From an uncultured Candidatus Saccharibacteria bacterium (GTDB lineage: Bacteria; Patescibacteriota; UBA1384; XYA2-FULL-43-10; 1-14-0-10-43-13): a stretch of DNA of 64,000 bases. The stretch spans positions 13,537-77,536 of the forward strand of contig CAYOQP010000002.1 in assembly GCA_964406145.1 (NCBI GenBank), written 5' to 3'. A program made the position numbers and the translations under genes. Each line of letters starts with the position of its first letter. The stretch's first letter is position 1. Below are positions 1 to 9,214 of the stretch, in pieces. A model generated the notes under the pieces. The model ran no database searches. It was given only the letters and a program-made list of their open reading frames with translations, and had not been told where the DNA came from.

Positions 1-94
1 ATCCGTTTCACTTTAAGATAATTTCTTAGCAAAGGCACCTCGGTTTATCCGGGGTGTTTTTGTTATTGTTGGATTGTGCTAATATTGAGACGAG

Positions 95-1117
95 ATGGAT
101 TTAAAAAATCGGCTCTCCGAGCTTGGACAAATTTTAAAGATTGACCAGAAAAAGGAGCAACTTCGCTTAATTGAAGAAGAGATGCGCGCTCCTGATTTTT
201 GGCTTGATGAAAAAGTCGCTGGTATTAAGAATCGAGAGCTCAAAAATTTGTCAACCGAGATAAAAGAATTCGATGATCTTGTTGAGATTGCCGAAATTGC
301 GACCGTTGAAGAATTGGAAACATTGCGACCGGAGATTGAAAAGCTTGAGACCTTGGCGCTTTTTTCCGGCAAATACGATAACCACAATGCTATTATCAAT
401 TTTTATGCTGGGGCTGGTGGTGTTGACGCACAGGACTGGACAGAGATGCTCTTGCGAATGTATTTGCGCTGGGCAGAGAATCACGACGCTCTAATTGAGG
501 TGATTGACAAGTCGATGGGAACTGAAGCGGGCATAAAAAGCGCTACTATCGAAATTAAAATGCCTTATGCTTATGGTAGCTTGAGAGGCGAGTCTGGAGT
601 GCATCGACTGGTCAGACAGTCTCCTTTTAATGCCAAGGGCTTGCGTCAGACATCTTTTGCCTTAGTAGAAGTAATGCCAGAGATCGAAACAGATTCTGAA
701 GTAAATATTGAAGCCAAGGATGTTCGAGTTGATGTTTATCGGGCTGGTGGTCATGGTGGTCAATCGGTCAATACGACCGATTCGGCTGTTAGAATTACTC
801 ATATCCCGACCAATATTGTTGTTACTTGTCAAAATGAACGAAGCCAGCTACAGAATAAAGAGGTTGCGATGAAAGTTTTGCGATCTCGTCTGGCTCAGCT
901 TTTGATCGAGCAACACAAGGAAAGAGTTGAAGAGCTGAAAGGGGACTTTACTGCGCCGGAGTGGGGGAATCAGATTCGTTCCTACGTTCTTCACCCATAT
1001 AAGATGGTCAAGGATCATCGGACGAATGTCGAATCCAAAAATCCCGACGAAGTCTTGGCCGGCGATATTGATGATTTTATAAAAGCAGAGTTAAAATCCA
1101 GCGCAATTGAAAATTAG
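95..1117 (+). CDS. prfB: peptide chain release factor 2
   Basis: RF2-specific SPF tripeptide (SPFNAKGLRQTSFA) and GGQ motif (GGHGGQSVNTTDSAVRITHIPT). Single uninterrupted ORF with no programmed +1 frameshift site. Confidence 0.9.
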   Translation: MDLKNRLSELGQILKIDQKKEQLRLIEEEMRAPDFWLDEKVAGIKNRELKNLSTEIKEFDDLVEIAEIATVEELETLRPEIEKLETLALFSGKYDNHNAIINFYAGAGGVDAQDWTEMLLRMYLRWAENHDALIEVIDKSMGTEAGIKSATIEIKMPYAYGSLRGESGVHRLVRQSPFNAKGLRQTSFALVEVMPEIETDSEVNIEAKDVRVDVYRAGGHGGQSVNTTDSAVRITHIPTNIVVTCQNERSQLQNKEVAMKVLRSRLAQLLIEQHKERVEELKGDFTAPEWGNQIRSYVLHPYKMVKDHRTNVESKNPDEVLAGDIDDFIKAELKSSAIEN

Positions 1118-1159
1118 ACTATAATCATACTTCGTAATCCATAAATACTTGGAGGGTAA

Positions 1160-1915
1160 ATGGATCAGATCACAACAATCTTGAATAAGTTCTCGAGCTT
1201 CATAGTAGAAAATTCACATTTTGATTTTCATTCTATTTGGTTTCGCCTATTAGTGATGATTGTTTTAACTCTTCTTCTTTCATTCTTGGTTAATTTTTTC
1301 TTAGCTGGATCTGTTTTGGGTCAAAGCTATCGCGTCTTTGTGGCACCCGGAGTGATACTCCATGAGCTGTCTCACGCTTTGTTTTGTTTGCTGACTGGCG
1401 CCAAGATAAAGAAGATCGCATTATTTGACAAAGATGGTGGTAGTGTTGAGCACGAACAATCAAAAGTTCCAGTCCTTGGATCAATCTTGATTTCTTTAGC
1501 GCCATTCGTAACAGGATCAATCGCTATATTCTTTTTCGCTAAGTGGCTTGGACTCAAGGAGATTGATATCTCAAGTCTTAATTTTTCATACAATAGCATT
1601 GTCTCTTTCTTGAAATCGCTTATTAGCGGATTGGATCTGACAAATTACAAAAACTGGATAATTATTTATTTGGCACTATCTGTTGCTGTGACAATGACTC
1701 CAAGCAAACAGGATGTGAAAAATATTGCTATTACTTTTGTTGCTTTATCTTTAATAATTTTTGCTTTAGTCCAATTCACCTCTTTTAATCTTGGCTTGTC
1801 TTTCATACCGGCCGACAAGATCATCCTACTCTTAAACATGGTCGTTGTTTTATTGATTTTGTCCCTTATTTTAAGTATTATAATTTTTACGTTAAGTAAA
1901 TTTTTTAAACGTTAG
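1160..1915 (+). CDS. polytopic membrane protein with HExxH motif (putative membrane-embedded zinc metallopeptidase)
   Basis: Multiple hydrophobic segments; HELSH motif adjacent to a predicted TM; RBS GGAGGG before the ATG. Confidence 0.5.
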   Translation: MDQITTILNKFSSFIVENSHFDFHSIWFRLLVMIVLTLLLSFLVNFFLAGSVLGQSYRVFVAPGVILHELSHALFCLLTGAKIKKIALFDKDGGSVEHEQSKVPVLGSILISLAPFVTGSIAIFFFAKWLGLKEIDISSLNFSYNSIVSFLKSLISGLDLTNYKNWIIIYLALSVAVTMTPSKQDVKNIAITFVALSLIIFALVQFTSFNLGLSFIPADKIILLLNMVVVLLILSLILSIIIFTLSKFFKR

Positions 1916-1931
1916 TAAACAGGAGTTAGAA

Positions 1932-2237
1932 ATGGTTGATTTTAGCAAGATTAAAGACCTTTATGCTTTGCAGAAGAAGGCCCGCCAAGTCCAAAAAGAA
2001 TTGAAGGACATCGAGGTTGAAGCTTCAAGCAATGACGGCTGGGTGACGGTAGTCTTCAATGGTGAACAACATTTGACTGAAATAAATATTAGTGAAGATG
2101 CGCTCAGACCGGAGAACAAGCGTGAACTCGAGAAAGATCTTCGTAATACTATTTCACAAGCCACCTCAAGAGCTCAGGCAGTTGCTGCCGAGAAGATGAA
2201 AGACATTGCCGGCGGACTTGGCATTCCTGGGATGTAA
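1932..2237 (+). CDS. YbaB/EbfC family nucleoid-associated protein
   Basis: About 100 aa; the N-terminal KIKDLYALQKKARQVQKEL and the VTVVFNGEQHL...INISEDAL pattern are typical of YbaB. Confidence 0.8.
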   Translation: MVDFSKIKDLYALQKKARQVQKELKDIEVEASSNDGWVTVVFNGEQHLTEINISEDALRPENKRELEKDLRNTISQATSRAQAVAAEKMKDIAGGLGIPGM

Positions 2238-2263
2238 TTGCAAACTAATTTGGTAAATATTTA

Positions 2264-2884
2264 ATGAAGATTATTGTTGGCTTAGGAAATCCGGGAGAAA
2301 AATATTCTGCCACTCGGCACAATGCTGGTTTTATGTTTGTCGACAAACTGAGTTCTCACCCTGATCTGACTAATGTCGGCGAGAGCCTAGAATTTCATGA
2401 AAATAAAAAGTTTCAGGCCTCGATTGCCGAAACTAGTGCCAAGGGTGAAAAAATCATACTTGTCAAACCTGTAACTTTTATGAATCTTTCCGGTAATGCA
2501 GTTAGAGCGATTCTTGATTTCTATAAATGCGACATTGATGATCTGATTGTTGTCTCTGACGATCTTGATATACCTGTTGGCTATATACGAATCAGGCGGG
2601 AAGGCTCTAGCGGTGGTCAAAAAGGTTTGCAAAGTATCATCGATACTATTGGCAATGATTCTTTTCAGCGAATTCGTATCGGCATAGCTTCTCAAAGTGA
2701 ATCGGGCGAATCTAATAATCAAGCTAGCCGTTATGATGCAGTTGATTTTGTCTTAGGTAAATTTTCCCCACAAGAGAGTTCGAAAATCAAATCTGCAATT
2801 GATGCGGCAATCGAATATTCCTTACCTTTTGTCTTTTCTCAAGAAAAAATGCCTTCACATACAATAAATATCAGTGAAGAATAG
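2264..2884 (+). CDS. pth: peptidyl-tRNA hydrolase
   Basis: N-terminus MKIIVGLGNPGEKYSATRHNAGF is the Pth signature. Confidence 0.9.
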   Translation: MKIIVGLGNPGEKYSATRHNAGFMFVDKLSSHPDLTNVGESLEFHENKKFQASIAETSAKGEKIILVKPVTFMNLSGNAVRAILDFYKCDIDDLIVVSDDLDIPVGYIRIRREGSSGGQKGLQSIIDTIGNDSFQRIRIGIASQSESGESNNQASRYDAVDFVLGKFSPQESSKIKSAIDAAIEYSLPFVFSQEKMPSHTINISEE

Positions 2885-2987
2885 CTCGACTTTTATTAAT
2901 TTGAACTGAGTTGAAAATATGCTCATTTTCTGTTATAAATAATTGTTAGAAAAATAATAATATGTGGGACCCCTCACCCTTTGTCTC

Positions 2988-3233
2988 ATGTTTTATGTCT
3001 ATTTCTTAAAAAGTCATGTTGGTGAACATTGTTACTTCGGTTTTTCCTCTGACTTGAAGAAAAGGCTAGAACAACATAATCAGGGAAAATCTGCTTATAC
3101 AAAAAGATTTATGCCTTGGGAGCTGGTTTACTATGAGGCATATAGCCGAGAAGATTTGGCCCGTGATAGAGAACGACAATTAAAAAGATTTGCCAAATCT
3201 TACGCAATGTTAAAGCGCAGATTAGGATTGTAG
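2988..3233 (+). CDS. GIY-YIG nuclease-superfamily protein, YhbQ/UPF0213-like (catalytic domain only)
   Basis: MFYVYFLKS...GFSSDLKKRLEQHNQGKSAYTKRF...LVYYEAYSREDLARDRERQLKRF matches the short YhbQ-type GIY-YIG pattern. Start chosen at ATG 2988 by family alignment; the track ORF begins at GTG 2964. Confidence 0.75.
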   Translation: MFYVYFLKSHVGEHCYFGFSSDLKKRLEQHNQGKSAYTKRFMPWELVYYEAYSREDLARDRERQLKRFAKSYAMLKRRLGL

Positions 3234-3271
3234 ATAAAGGGTGAGGGGGTTTGACCACAGAAAGGTAATGT

Positions 3272-4078
3272 ATGGCTAAGGAGCCAAAGAAAAAAGAAGA
3301 AGAGATCGAGGAGACTGAAGTCTCAGAGAAGGATCTCTTAAAAGAAGCTGAAGAGCGAGAGAAGGAGCGCAAAGCTGAAGAAGAGGCCCTGAAGGAAGAA
3401 GAGAAAGAGGCCGAAAAAGAAGCTAAGGCCGAAGCAAAAGTTGCTAGACTTGCTCGCAAAGAAACTCATCGGGTCAAGCCACGTCATGCCAAAAAGCATC
3501 GTGCCGCCGCTGAGAAAATTGAAAAGGACAAGGAATATTCGATAAGCGAAGCGATCGATCTTGCTATCGCAACTACTTGTACGAAGTTCGACGCAACTGT
3601 CGAAATGCATGTCAAATTAAATGTTAAAGAGAAAAATATCCGTGGTATGGTTGTTCTTCCTGGCGGAGTCGTCAAGGAAAAAAACATTCTCGAAGTAACC
3701 GAAGCCAATGTTGACGAAGTTATCGAGAAGGTTAAGGCTGGAAAGATCGAATTTGATACCATGCTTGCTGATGTTAAGGTCATGCCAAAATTGGCTCAAC
3801 TGGCCAAAACACTTGGTCCTAAAGGACTCATGCCTTCACCAAAAGCTGGCACAGTTGTTGAAAACGTCAAAGAAGCTGCCGCTGAGTTAAGAGGTGGCAA
3901 GGTTGAATACAGAGCTGACAAATTCAATATTGTTCATATGGCTATTGGAAAAATTTCATTTGGTTCTGAGAAAATTTATCAGAACTTTCAGGCCATTCTG
4001 GATCATCTTCCAAAAAGAATTGATTCAATTTATCTTACCACTACGATGGGACCAAGTGTCAAAGTATCAAAGAAATAA
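3272..4078 (+). CDS. rplA: 50S ribosomal protein L1 with a roughly 90-aa Lys/Glu-rich N-terminal extension
   Basis: Core AKKHRAAAEKI...FDATVEMHVKLNV...GLMPSPKAGTV...KVEYRADKFNIVHMAIGK is canonical L1. There is no in-frame internal start before the core, so the charged extension appears to be genuine. Confidence 0.85.
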   Translation: MAKEPKKKEEEIEETEVSEKDLLKEAEEREKERKAEEEALKEEEKEAEKEAKAEAKVARLARKETHRVKPRHAKKHRAAAEKIEKDKEYSISEAIDLAIATTCTKFDATVEMHVKLNVKEKNIRGMVVLPGGVVKEKNILEVTEANVDEVIEKVKAGKIEFDTMLADVKVMPKLAQLAKTLGPKGLMPSPKAGTVVENVKEAAAELRGGKVEYRADKFNIVHMAIGKISFGSEKIYQNFQAILDHLPKRIDSIYLTTTMGPSVKVSKK

Positions 4079-4088
4079 GTAAAATATA

Positions 4089-4123
4089 AAAAATCACCCC
4101 GATCTCTCAGGGTGATTTTTTAT
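4089..4123 (+). terminator. intrinsic terminator after rplA
   Basis: AATCACCCC...GGGTGATT stem followed by a T-run. Confidence 0.6.
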
Positions 4124-4151
4124 TGACATAGAAGCTAAAAAGTTGTACTAT
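4123..4151 (+). promoter_or_regulatory. sigma70-like promoter (TTGACA-17-TACTAT)
   Basis: Perfect -35 with 17-bp spacer; drives the GC-rich ORF at 4204. Confidence 0.5.
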
Positions 4152-4203
4152 TGGCAGTTCCCTATGGCGTCCATATTGCTATTGGGTTACAAGGAGAAGT
4201 GCT

Positions 4204-4656
4204 TTGCTTAATTGGAAAAAGTTTCGTTATGGCCACTACTATTCTTCCTGTCTCAGTCGGATGATGGCCGCTCTCGAAAATACCGCAGACGAAGCGCGGC
4301 GGATCTTGGCCTTTGTCATTGATCCGACTCTCGTGGAGGTTGTCCCGGAGAGACTGACAGAGCAGTTCGTCGTTGAGATGGTCGAGCTGATGAAGCATGT
4401 GACGCATGATGTTGAGGAAGGGCTCGTCGTTCTCCTCGCTGTCTACATACATGCCAATCCATCGTCTGGCTCACGGCCAGCCATCGTTGAGCGTTTTGAG
4501 AAGATCTGTCTGGATGCGCGTTTCACGGCCGAGATCAGAGCTCTGGCTAATGTGTCAGCGGACCTCAACATCGGGTCGAAGATGCGCAATGTTCGCCCGG
4601 AACATCTGACCTTCGCTCTGCGTTGGCTCACGACAATCATGGAAGAAGGCGATTGA
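4204..4656 (+). CDS. hypothetical protein; GC-rich ORF inserted between rplA and rplJ
   Basis: 150-aa ORF with a TTG start 8 nt after AAGGAG; noticeably higher GC than its neighbours; no recognisable motif. Confidence 0.35.
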   Translation: MLNWKKFRYGHYYSSCLSRMMAALENTADEARRILAFVIDPTLVEVVPERLTEQFVVEMVELMKHVTHDVEEGLVVLLAVYIHANPSSGSRPAIVERFEKICLDARFTAEIRALANVSADLNIGSKMRNVRPEHLTFALRWLTTIMEEGD

Positions 4657-4892
4657 TCGCTACTTCCAACTGCACCGGCCGCGGAGTGACTTAACTCCGC
4701 GGCGTCAGGCATTTCACTATTGACTCACATCTAAATATTTGTTATAAAATAAGAGTTCCATTGACCATGAGGCCCCGGTCACCCTTGCAAAAGGGTGAGG
4801 GGTTAAACTAAAACCTTATGCAGGATAAACATTAGCTCATTTTGAGTTTTTGCCTGCGTAACAGCAGGTTTTTTTAATAAAAAAGGGAAAAA

Positions 4893-5414
4893 ATGCCAAA
4901 AACAAGAGTTAAAAAAGAAGAATTGATCGGCAAACTTGATGAGCAGATTGCAAATGCTAAGTCTGCTGTTTTGGTCAATTATAAAGGTTTGAAAGTTGTC
5001 GAAACTGAAGAATTGAGAAATCTTCTTCGGGCCAAGGGTGTTACTTTCAATGTTGCCAAGAACACATTGGTTAAGATTGCTTTGAAGAAAAATGGTATCA
5101 GCTTCGAAAAAGGAATTTTCGAAAAGCCAGTTGCTATTGCTTTCGCTTCAGCTGACGAAGTTGCTCCGGCTAAAGAGATCGACCTTTTCGCCAAGAAACA
5201 TGAAGCCCTAGAAATTTTGGGTGGTATCTTGGAGAAAAAGATGATTGATGCCGATGCAGTTAAGAAGTTGGCCCTTTTGCCATCACGCGAACAGCTTTTG
5301 GCTAAAATGGTTGGCTCGATCGCTTCGCCACTTTCCGGTATGGTCAACGTCCTGGCTGGCAATTTGCGAGGCTTGGTTAATGTTTTAAATTCTTACAAAG
5401 AGAAAAAAGTATAA
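4893..5414 (+). CDS. rplJ: 50S ribosomal protein L10
   Basis: MPKTRVKKEELIGKLDEQIANAKSAVLVNYKGLKVVETEELR is the typical L10 N-terminus. Confidence 0.9.
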   Translation: MPKTRVKKEELIGKLDEQIANAKSAVLVNYKGLKVVETEELRNLLRAKGVTFNVAKNTLVKIALKKNGISFEKGIFEKPVAIAFASADEVAPAKEIDLFAKKHEALEILGGILEKKMIDADAVKKLALLPSREQLLAKMVGSIASPLSGMVNVLAGNLRGLVNVLNSYKEKKV

Positions 5415-5441
5415 ATAATTAATATATTAAGAAGGATTCAC

Positions 5442-5849
5442 ATGACAGAAGAGAAAACAATTGAGGTTCCTGAGAAATTCAAGGATCTCGTCGAGAAGAT
5501 CGAGAAATTAACTGTTCTTGAGCTTGCAGAACTTGTTAAAGTTTTGGAAGAGAAGTTCGGTGTTTCTGCTGCTGCTCCTGTTGCTATGGTCGCCGGTGGC
5601 GCTCCTGCTGCAGCTGGTGAGCCAGTTGAAGAGAAAACATCTTTTGATGTCGTCTTGGCTGCTGCTGGTGCTCAGAAGATCAACGTCATTAAGGCTGTAA
5701 GAGAAATCAAACCAGACCTAGGACTCAAAGAAGCTAAGGATCTTGTTGATGCCGCTCCAAAGGAACTTTTGAAGGGTGTTAAGAAGGAAGAAGCTGATGC
5801 TGCTAAGGCTAAGCTTGAAGCCGCTGGTGCTACTGTTGAAGTCAAATAA
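5442..5849 (+). CDS. rplL: 50S ribosomal protein L7/L12
   Basis: Ala-rich hinge plus C-terminal [22 protein letters not shown]...[10 protein letters not shown]...[10 protein letters not shown]. Confidence 0.9.
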   Translation: MTEEKTIEVPEKFKDLVEKIEKLTVLELAELVKVLEEKFGVSAAAPVAMVAGGAPAAAGEPVEEKTSFDVVLAAAGAQKINVIKAVREIKPDLGLKEAKDLVDAAPKELLKGVKKEEADAAKAKLEAAGATVEVK

Positions 5850-5889
5850 CTAGATAGACAATCTTGAATCTAGAATATTGGAATCTAGA

Positions 5890-5930
5890 AACCCCTCACC
5901 CTTCGCATGAAAGGTGAGGGGTTTTCGTTT
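5890..5930 (+). terminator. intrinsic terminator after rplL (CCCCTCACC palindrome family)
   Basis: AACCCCTCACC...GGTGAGGGGTT stem followed by TTTTCGTTT. Confidence 0.65.
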
Positions 5931-5940
5931 GTCCTTTAGA

Positions 5941-5969
5941 TTGAATAAAATGGCTAAAAATGTTATAAA
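5941..5969 (+). promoter_or_regulatory. sigma70-like promoter (TTGAAT-17-TATAAA) for tgt
   Basis: -35/-10 with 17-bp spacer; the -10 ends about 9 nt before the tgt ATG, implying a near-leaderless mRNA. Confidence 0.4.
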
Positions 5970-5978
5970 AAGTTGATC

Positions 5979-7109
5979 ATGGCCTACAAACTTATAAAAA
6001 AATCAGATAGTGGTATCCGTATTGGAGAGCTGACAACGCCTCATGGGAAAATTGAGACGCCTTTTTTTATGCCCGTGGGGACTGTCGGCTCGGTCAAATC
6101 GGTCTCTCCAGATGAATTAAATAATCTCGGTGCGCAAATAGTCTTATCTAATACTTATCATCTTTATCTTCGTCCTGGCGAAAAATTAATCAAGAGTCTG
6201 GGCGGCTTACACGAATTTATGAAGTGGCCGAAGCCAATCTTGACTGACTCTGGTGGCTACCAGGTATTCTCTCTAGGGGACCGATCTGGTCAGAAGGATC
6301 ATTCGCTGGTCAAGATTACAGAAGAGGGGATTGAATTCTCTTCTCATCTTGATGGTAGTAAACATCTCTTCACTCCTGAAAAAGTCATCGATATTCAGCT
6401 AGATCTTGGTGTCGACATCTTGATGCCATTGGATGTCTGTCCAAGTGGTAGGGCTGATACTAACGAAATAAGAAAGTCTGTCGACCTCACTATCGCTTGG
6501 GCCAAGAGAGCAAAAGTTTATTTTGATAAAAAAGTTGCTAAGTTACCTGTCGCAAAAAGGCCGCTTCTTCATGGTATTGTCCAAGGAGGATTAGACAAAG
6601 ATCTGCGCAGATATTGTGCTGAAGAGTTAATAAAGCTAGATTTCGATGGCTATTCTGTCGGTGGCTTAGCCGTCGACCTGGAGACACGCGATATGTGGGA
6701 TATTGTCAAACTGATGGGGGAGATATTACCAGAGAATAAACAGCGCTATCTTATGGGTGTCGGTACGCCTGACGATATAATCCATGCCACAACTCTAGGC
6801 ATGGATATGTTCGATTGTGTCTTGCCGACAAGGCTGGCACGTCATAGCAATGTCTATATTCCGAAGCGCCAAAAGATAGATATGAAGAAATATGACAACT
6901 TCACACTAGTTAATTTACTCAATTCAAAATACAGAACGGATGGGGGAGTGCTTGATAAAAATTGCGATTGCCCTGCCTGCAAAGGGGGATTCAGCCGAGC
7001 TTATATTTCTCATCTTTTGCGATCCAATGAGATATTGGGCCTAAGATTCACGACACTTCATAATCTTTGGCAATATCTCGATTTAATGAGGAAAATAAGA
7101 GCTAATTGA
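5979..7109 (+). CDS. tgt: tRNA-guanine transglycosylase (queuine tRNA-ribosyltransferase)
   Basis: TPHGKIETPFFMPVGT, LTDSGGYQVFSL and the zinc site CDCPACKG...H. Confidence 0.9.
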   Translation: MAYKLIKKSDSGIRIGELTTPHGKIETPFFMPVGTVGSVKSVSPDELNNLGAQIVLSNTYHLYLRPGEKLIKSLGGLHEFMKWPKPILTDSGGYQVFSLGDRSGQKDHSLVKITEEGIEFSSHLDGSKHLFTPEKVIDIQLDLGVDILMPLDVCPSGRADTNEIRKSVDLTIAWAKRAKVYFDKKVAKLPVAKRPLLHGIVQGGLDKDLRRYCAEELIKLDFDGYSVGGLAVDLETRDMWDIVKLMGEILPENKQRYLMGVGTPDDIIHATTLGMDMFDCVLPTRLARHSNVYIPKRQKIDMKKYDNFTLVNLLNSKYRTDGGVLDKNCDCPACKGGFSRAYISHLLRSNEILGLRFTTLHNLWQYLDLMRKIRAN

Positions 7110-7155
7110 TCTCAAAAAGTGCAATCACGCCGCTTTTCTGTCGGCTATTTTGACG

Positions 7156-7184
7156 TTGACACAAACACGAAAATATGTTAAAAT
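7156..7184 (+). promoter_or_regulatory. sigma70-like promoter (TTGACA-17-TAAAAT) at the left edge of the GC-rich island
   Basis: Consensus -35 with 17-bp spacer; AAGGAG RBS before ATG 7242. Confidence 0.5.
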
Positions 7185-7241
7185 ATCGCAAGCTCAGCCT
7201 GGGAAAGATCGAATTCAGGCGAGCTAACAAGGAGCGGGAAC

Positions 7242-7871
7242 ATGCGTACTTTGATAATTTTGAGCCTTGTGCTCACGGTGGCGATCCCGATGATCGTCCT
7301 TACCGGTTGCGGCCAGAAGCAACCGGACCGTGCCCTTTTGGCTGCGGTGGACTACTCTGGCTCGGTTGATTCCAAGGAGCGCGCCGACTACGTCGGCAAG
7401 CTCGAGGAGCTGATCGACCGGCAGGATGGCAAGGCAGAGGTAACACTCTACGTCTTCGCCAAGACGCCGGAAAAGGTCTACTCTGGCCGACCTCTTGACT
7501 TCACCGACTGCTGGTTGGTGGATGACGAGACCAAGGCTCGTGAGGCCGACAAGACTCGTGGAACGAGTCTTGCTCCCACGCTGGAACAGTATTGCAGGGA
7601 TGCAGCTGCTACCAGCCTGCCAGTGATTGCCGTTCTGTTCACAGACGGTGATTGCTTCGATGTCCCGCGTACCAAGGCGGCGGCAAAGAAGCTGGCAGAA
7701 ATGTCTAATTTCAAATGTCTGATGGTCGGACCGCTGACGACCGATAGACTCGGACTAGAGAACAGTACCCTTTCGCCCCTGCGCGATAGTGGTAAGCTGG
7801 TCACTTGTGGCCAGCACGACGTCGCCGACGCGTTCAACACGCTCATGGCGAAAGTGGGAGGCTCCAAATGA
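7242..7871 (+). CDS. vWA-like lipoprotein
   Basis: Lipoprotein signal (LTGCGQ); MIDAS-like DYSGSVD; VIAVLFTDGD. About 60% GC. Confidence 0.55.
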   Translation: MRTLIILSLVLTVAIPMIVLTGCGQKQPDRALLAAVDYSGSVDSKERADYVGKLEELIDRQDGKAEVTLYVFAKTPEKVYSGRPLDFTDCWLVDDETKAREADKTRGTSLAPTLEQYCRDAAATSLPVIAVLFTDGDCFDVPRTKAAAKKLAEMSNFKCLMVGPLTTDRLGLENSTLSPLRDSGKLVTCGQHDVADAFNTLMAKVGGSK

Positions 7872-9190
7872 CAAACCAGCGTTACACCGACGTAGACGAT
7901 CTCCTGGCGGCTGAGCCCCAGGACACTACCGGAGCCCCCACGGCTCCCGATATGGATGTCATGACCCTGCTGCAGCCGATCAATCATGATCTGGCTGCAT
8001 ACCAGACCGCCATCGACGCGATGGCCGCTTCCTACCCGGAAGAGGCGGCGCGTCTGACAGTTCTGCTGTCCCAGCTTCGCGAGACGGGCAACCGTTTCGA
8101 GGATGCTCGTGCTAGCGCAGAAACGCTGCGCAACCAGCTCATCGGACAGCGCCAGACTCAGCGCAATACGATCGAGACCGACCTGAAAACGGTCGTCTCT
8201 GCTCTCGTACCATTGCGTCAGGCCCACGATGCCAAAGCGGCCGCCTTCCGCCTGGAAGCCGCCAAGTATGGTGTCAGTTGTGAGCCGTCTGGCCCCGCTT
8301 ATCAGGCCGCCCTGGCCGAAAAAGCAGGAGTCGTTATTCCGGAAGAGATCCCGGCCCTGCCGGAACTCATGCCGGAACTGACCCAGAAGACCAAGTTGAT
8401 GGGGCTGAGCGACATCTTCGCCTCGATCCTGGTTGGCCTCTTCGTCGCTGTCTGTGTGTTGAGCGCTTTCGGGTTCTTGACATATCGCGCGATGAAGACG
8501 GGGCAAATTGACCCGATCGCCTGGGTCCTTTCCCCGTTCGGTCCCCTCGTTGTCTTGCTCGTCGGCATTGCCATCGCCTGGGTGACCAGGAACCTGCTCG
8601 AGCTGGAGATGGAGGATTCGTCCAAATCCCAGCGCAGCATGGCTTATGGCTCTGCCATTGCGATCGGCGCCATCTGGCTGGCGGAGATGTTCTTAGAGGC
8701 CTACGGTCTCTTCCGTCTCTCTCAGGAGAAGGCTGCCATCGCGGCGCGCATGACTGGGCAACCGGTCGAGGCAACTCCGCTTGCGTTCCTCGTCATCCTG
8801 GCGCTGATCGTCACGACACCGTACTTCGTCTATAAGGCTCTCAAGGCCTACAACGATACGATGCCGCGGATCAAAGCCTGGCGTGAGCGCAAAGCGGCCG
8901 AGCGCCAACGGGCCGAAGCTCTGGCACAGCGCGCCAGCGCCTGCCAAGCCATAGAGACGCTATGTCGCACGACCCCGCGCCTGCGGGACATCGGCGGCAT
9001 TGTCGCTCAAGCGGACGCGCTCGCGTCGCAGATTGAGCCCCTCGAGGCCCGCGAAGTACTGCTCCGGGAATCCTTAGAGGACCTGGAGGGGGAGCCCGAA
9101 CTCCCTGCCCTTACCCAACAGACACTGCTGCGCTTGCGCACCGGTGTCGAGACCCTCGAGCACCAGCTCGTGGAACGTCTCACGACTTGA
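7868..9190 (+). CDS. polytopic membrane protein with N- and C-terminal coiled-coil regions
   Basis: ATGA overlap with the upstream stop; GGGAGG RBS; four hydrophobic helices in the middle; high GC. Confidence 0.55.
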   Translation: MTNQRYTDVDDLLAAEPQDTTGAPTAPDMDVMTLLQPINHDLAAYQTAIDAMAASYPEEAARLTVLLSQLRETGNRFEDARASAETLRNQLIGQRQTQRNTIETDLKTVVSALVPLRQAHDAKAAAFRLEAAKYGVSCEPSGPAYQAALAEKAGVVIPEEIPALPELMPELTQKTKLMGLSDIFASILVGLFVAVCVLSAFGFLTYRAMKTGQIDPIAWVLSPFGPLVVLLVGIAIAWVTRNLLELEMEDSSKSQRSMAYGSAIAIGAIWLAEMFLEAYGLFRLSQEKAAIAARMTGQPVEATPLAFLVILALIVTTPYFVYKALKAYNDTMPRIKAWRERKAAERQRAEALAQRASACQAIETLCRTTPRLRDIGGIVAQADALASQIEPLEAREVLLRESLEDLEGEPELPALTQQTLLRLRTGVETLEHQLVERLTT

Positions 9191-9214
9191 TGCCTTTACC
9201 GGCATCCCTATCAC

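Noticed and set aside
2964-2987. GTG 2964 as the start of the GIY-YIG gene.
   Set aside because: It would place the left inverted-repeat arm inside the coding region. The family alignment (MxYVYIL...) fits ATG 2988 exactly.
7175-8506. Long antisense and overlapping ORFs in the GC-rich island (for example 7478-8506 minus, 8367-8774 minus, 10489-10980 minus).
   Set aside because: High GC inflates random ORF length; they encode Arg/Gly/Pro-rich nonsense, lack RBSs and overlap better-supported plus-strand genes.
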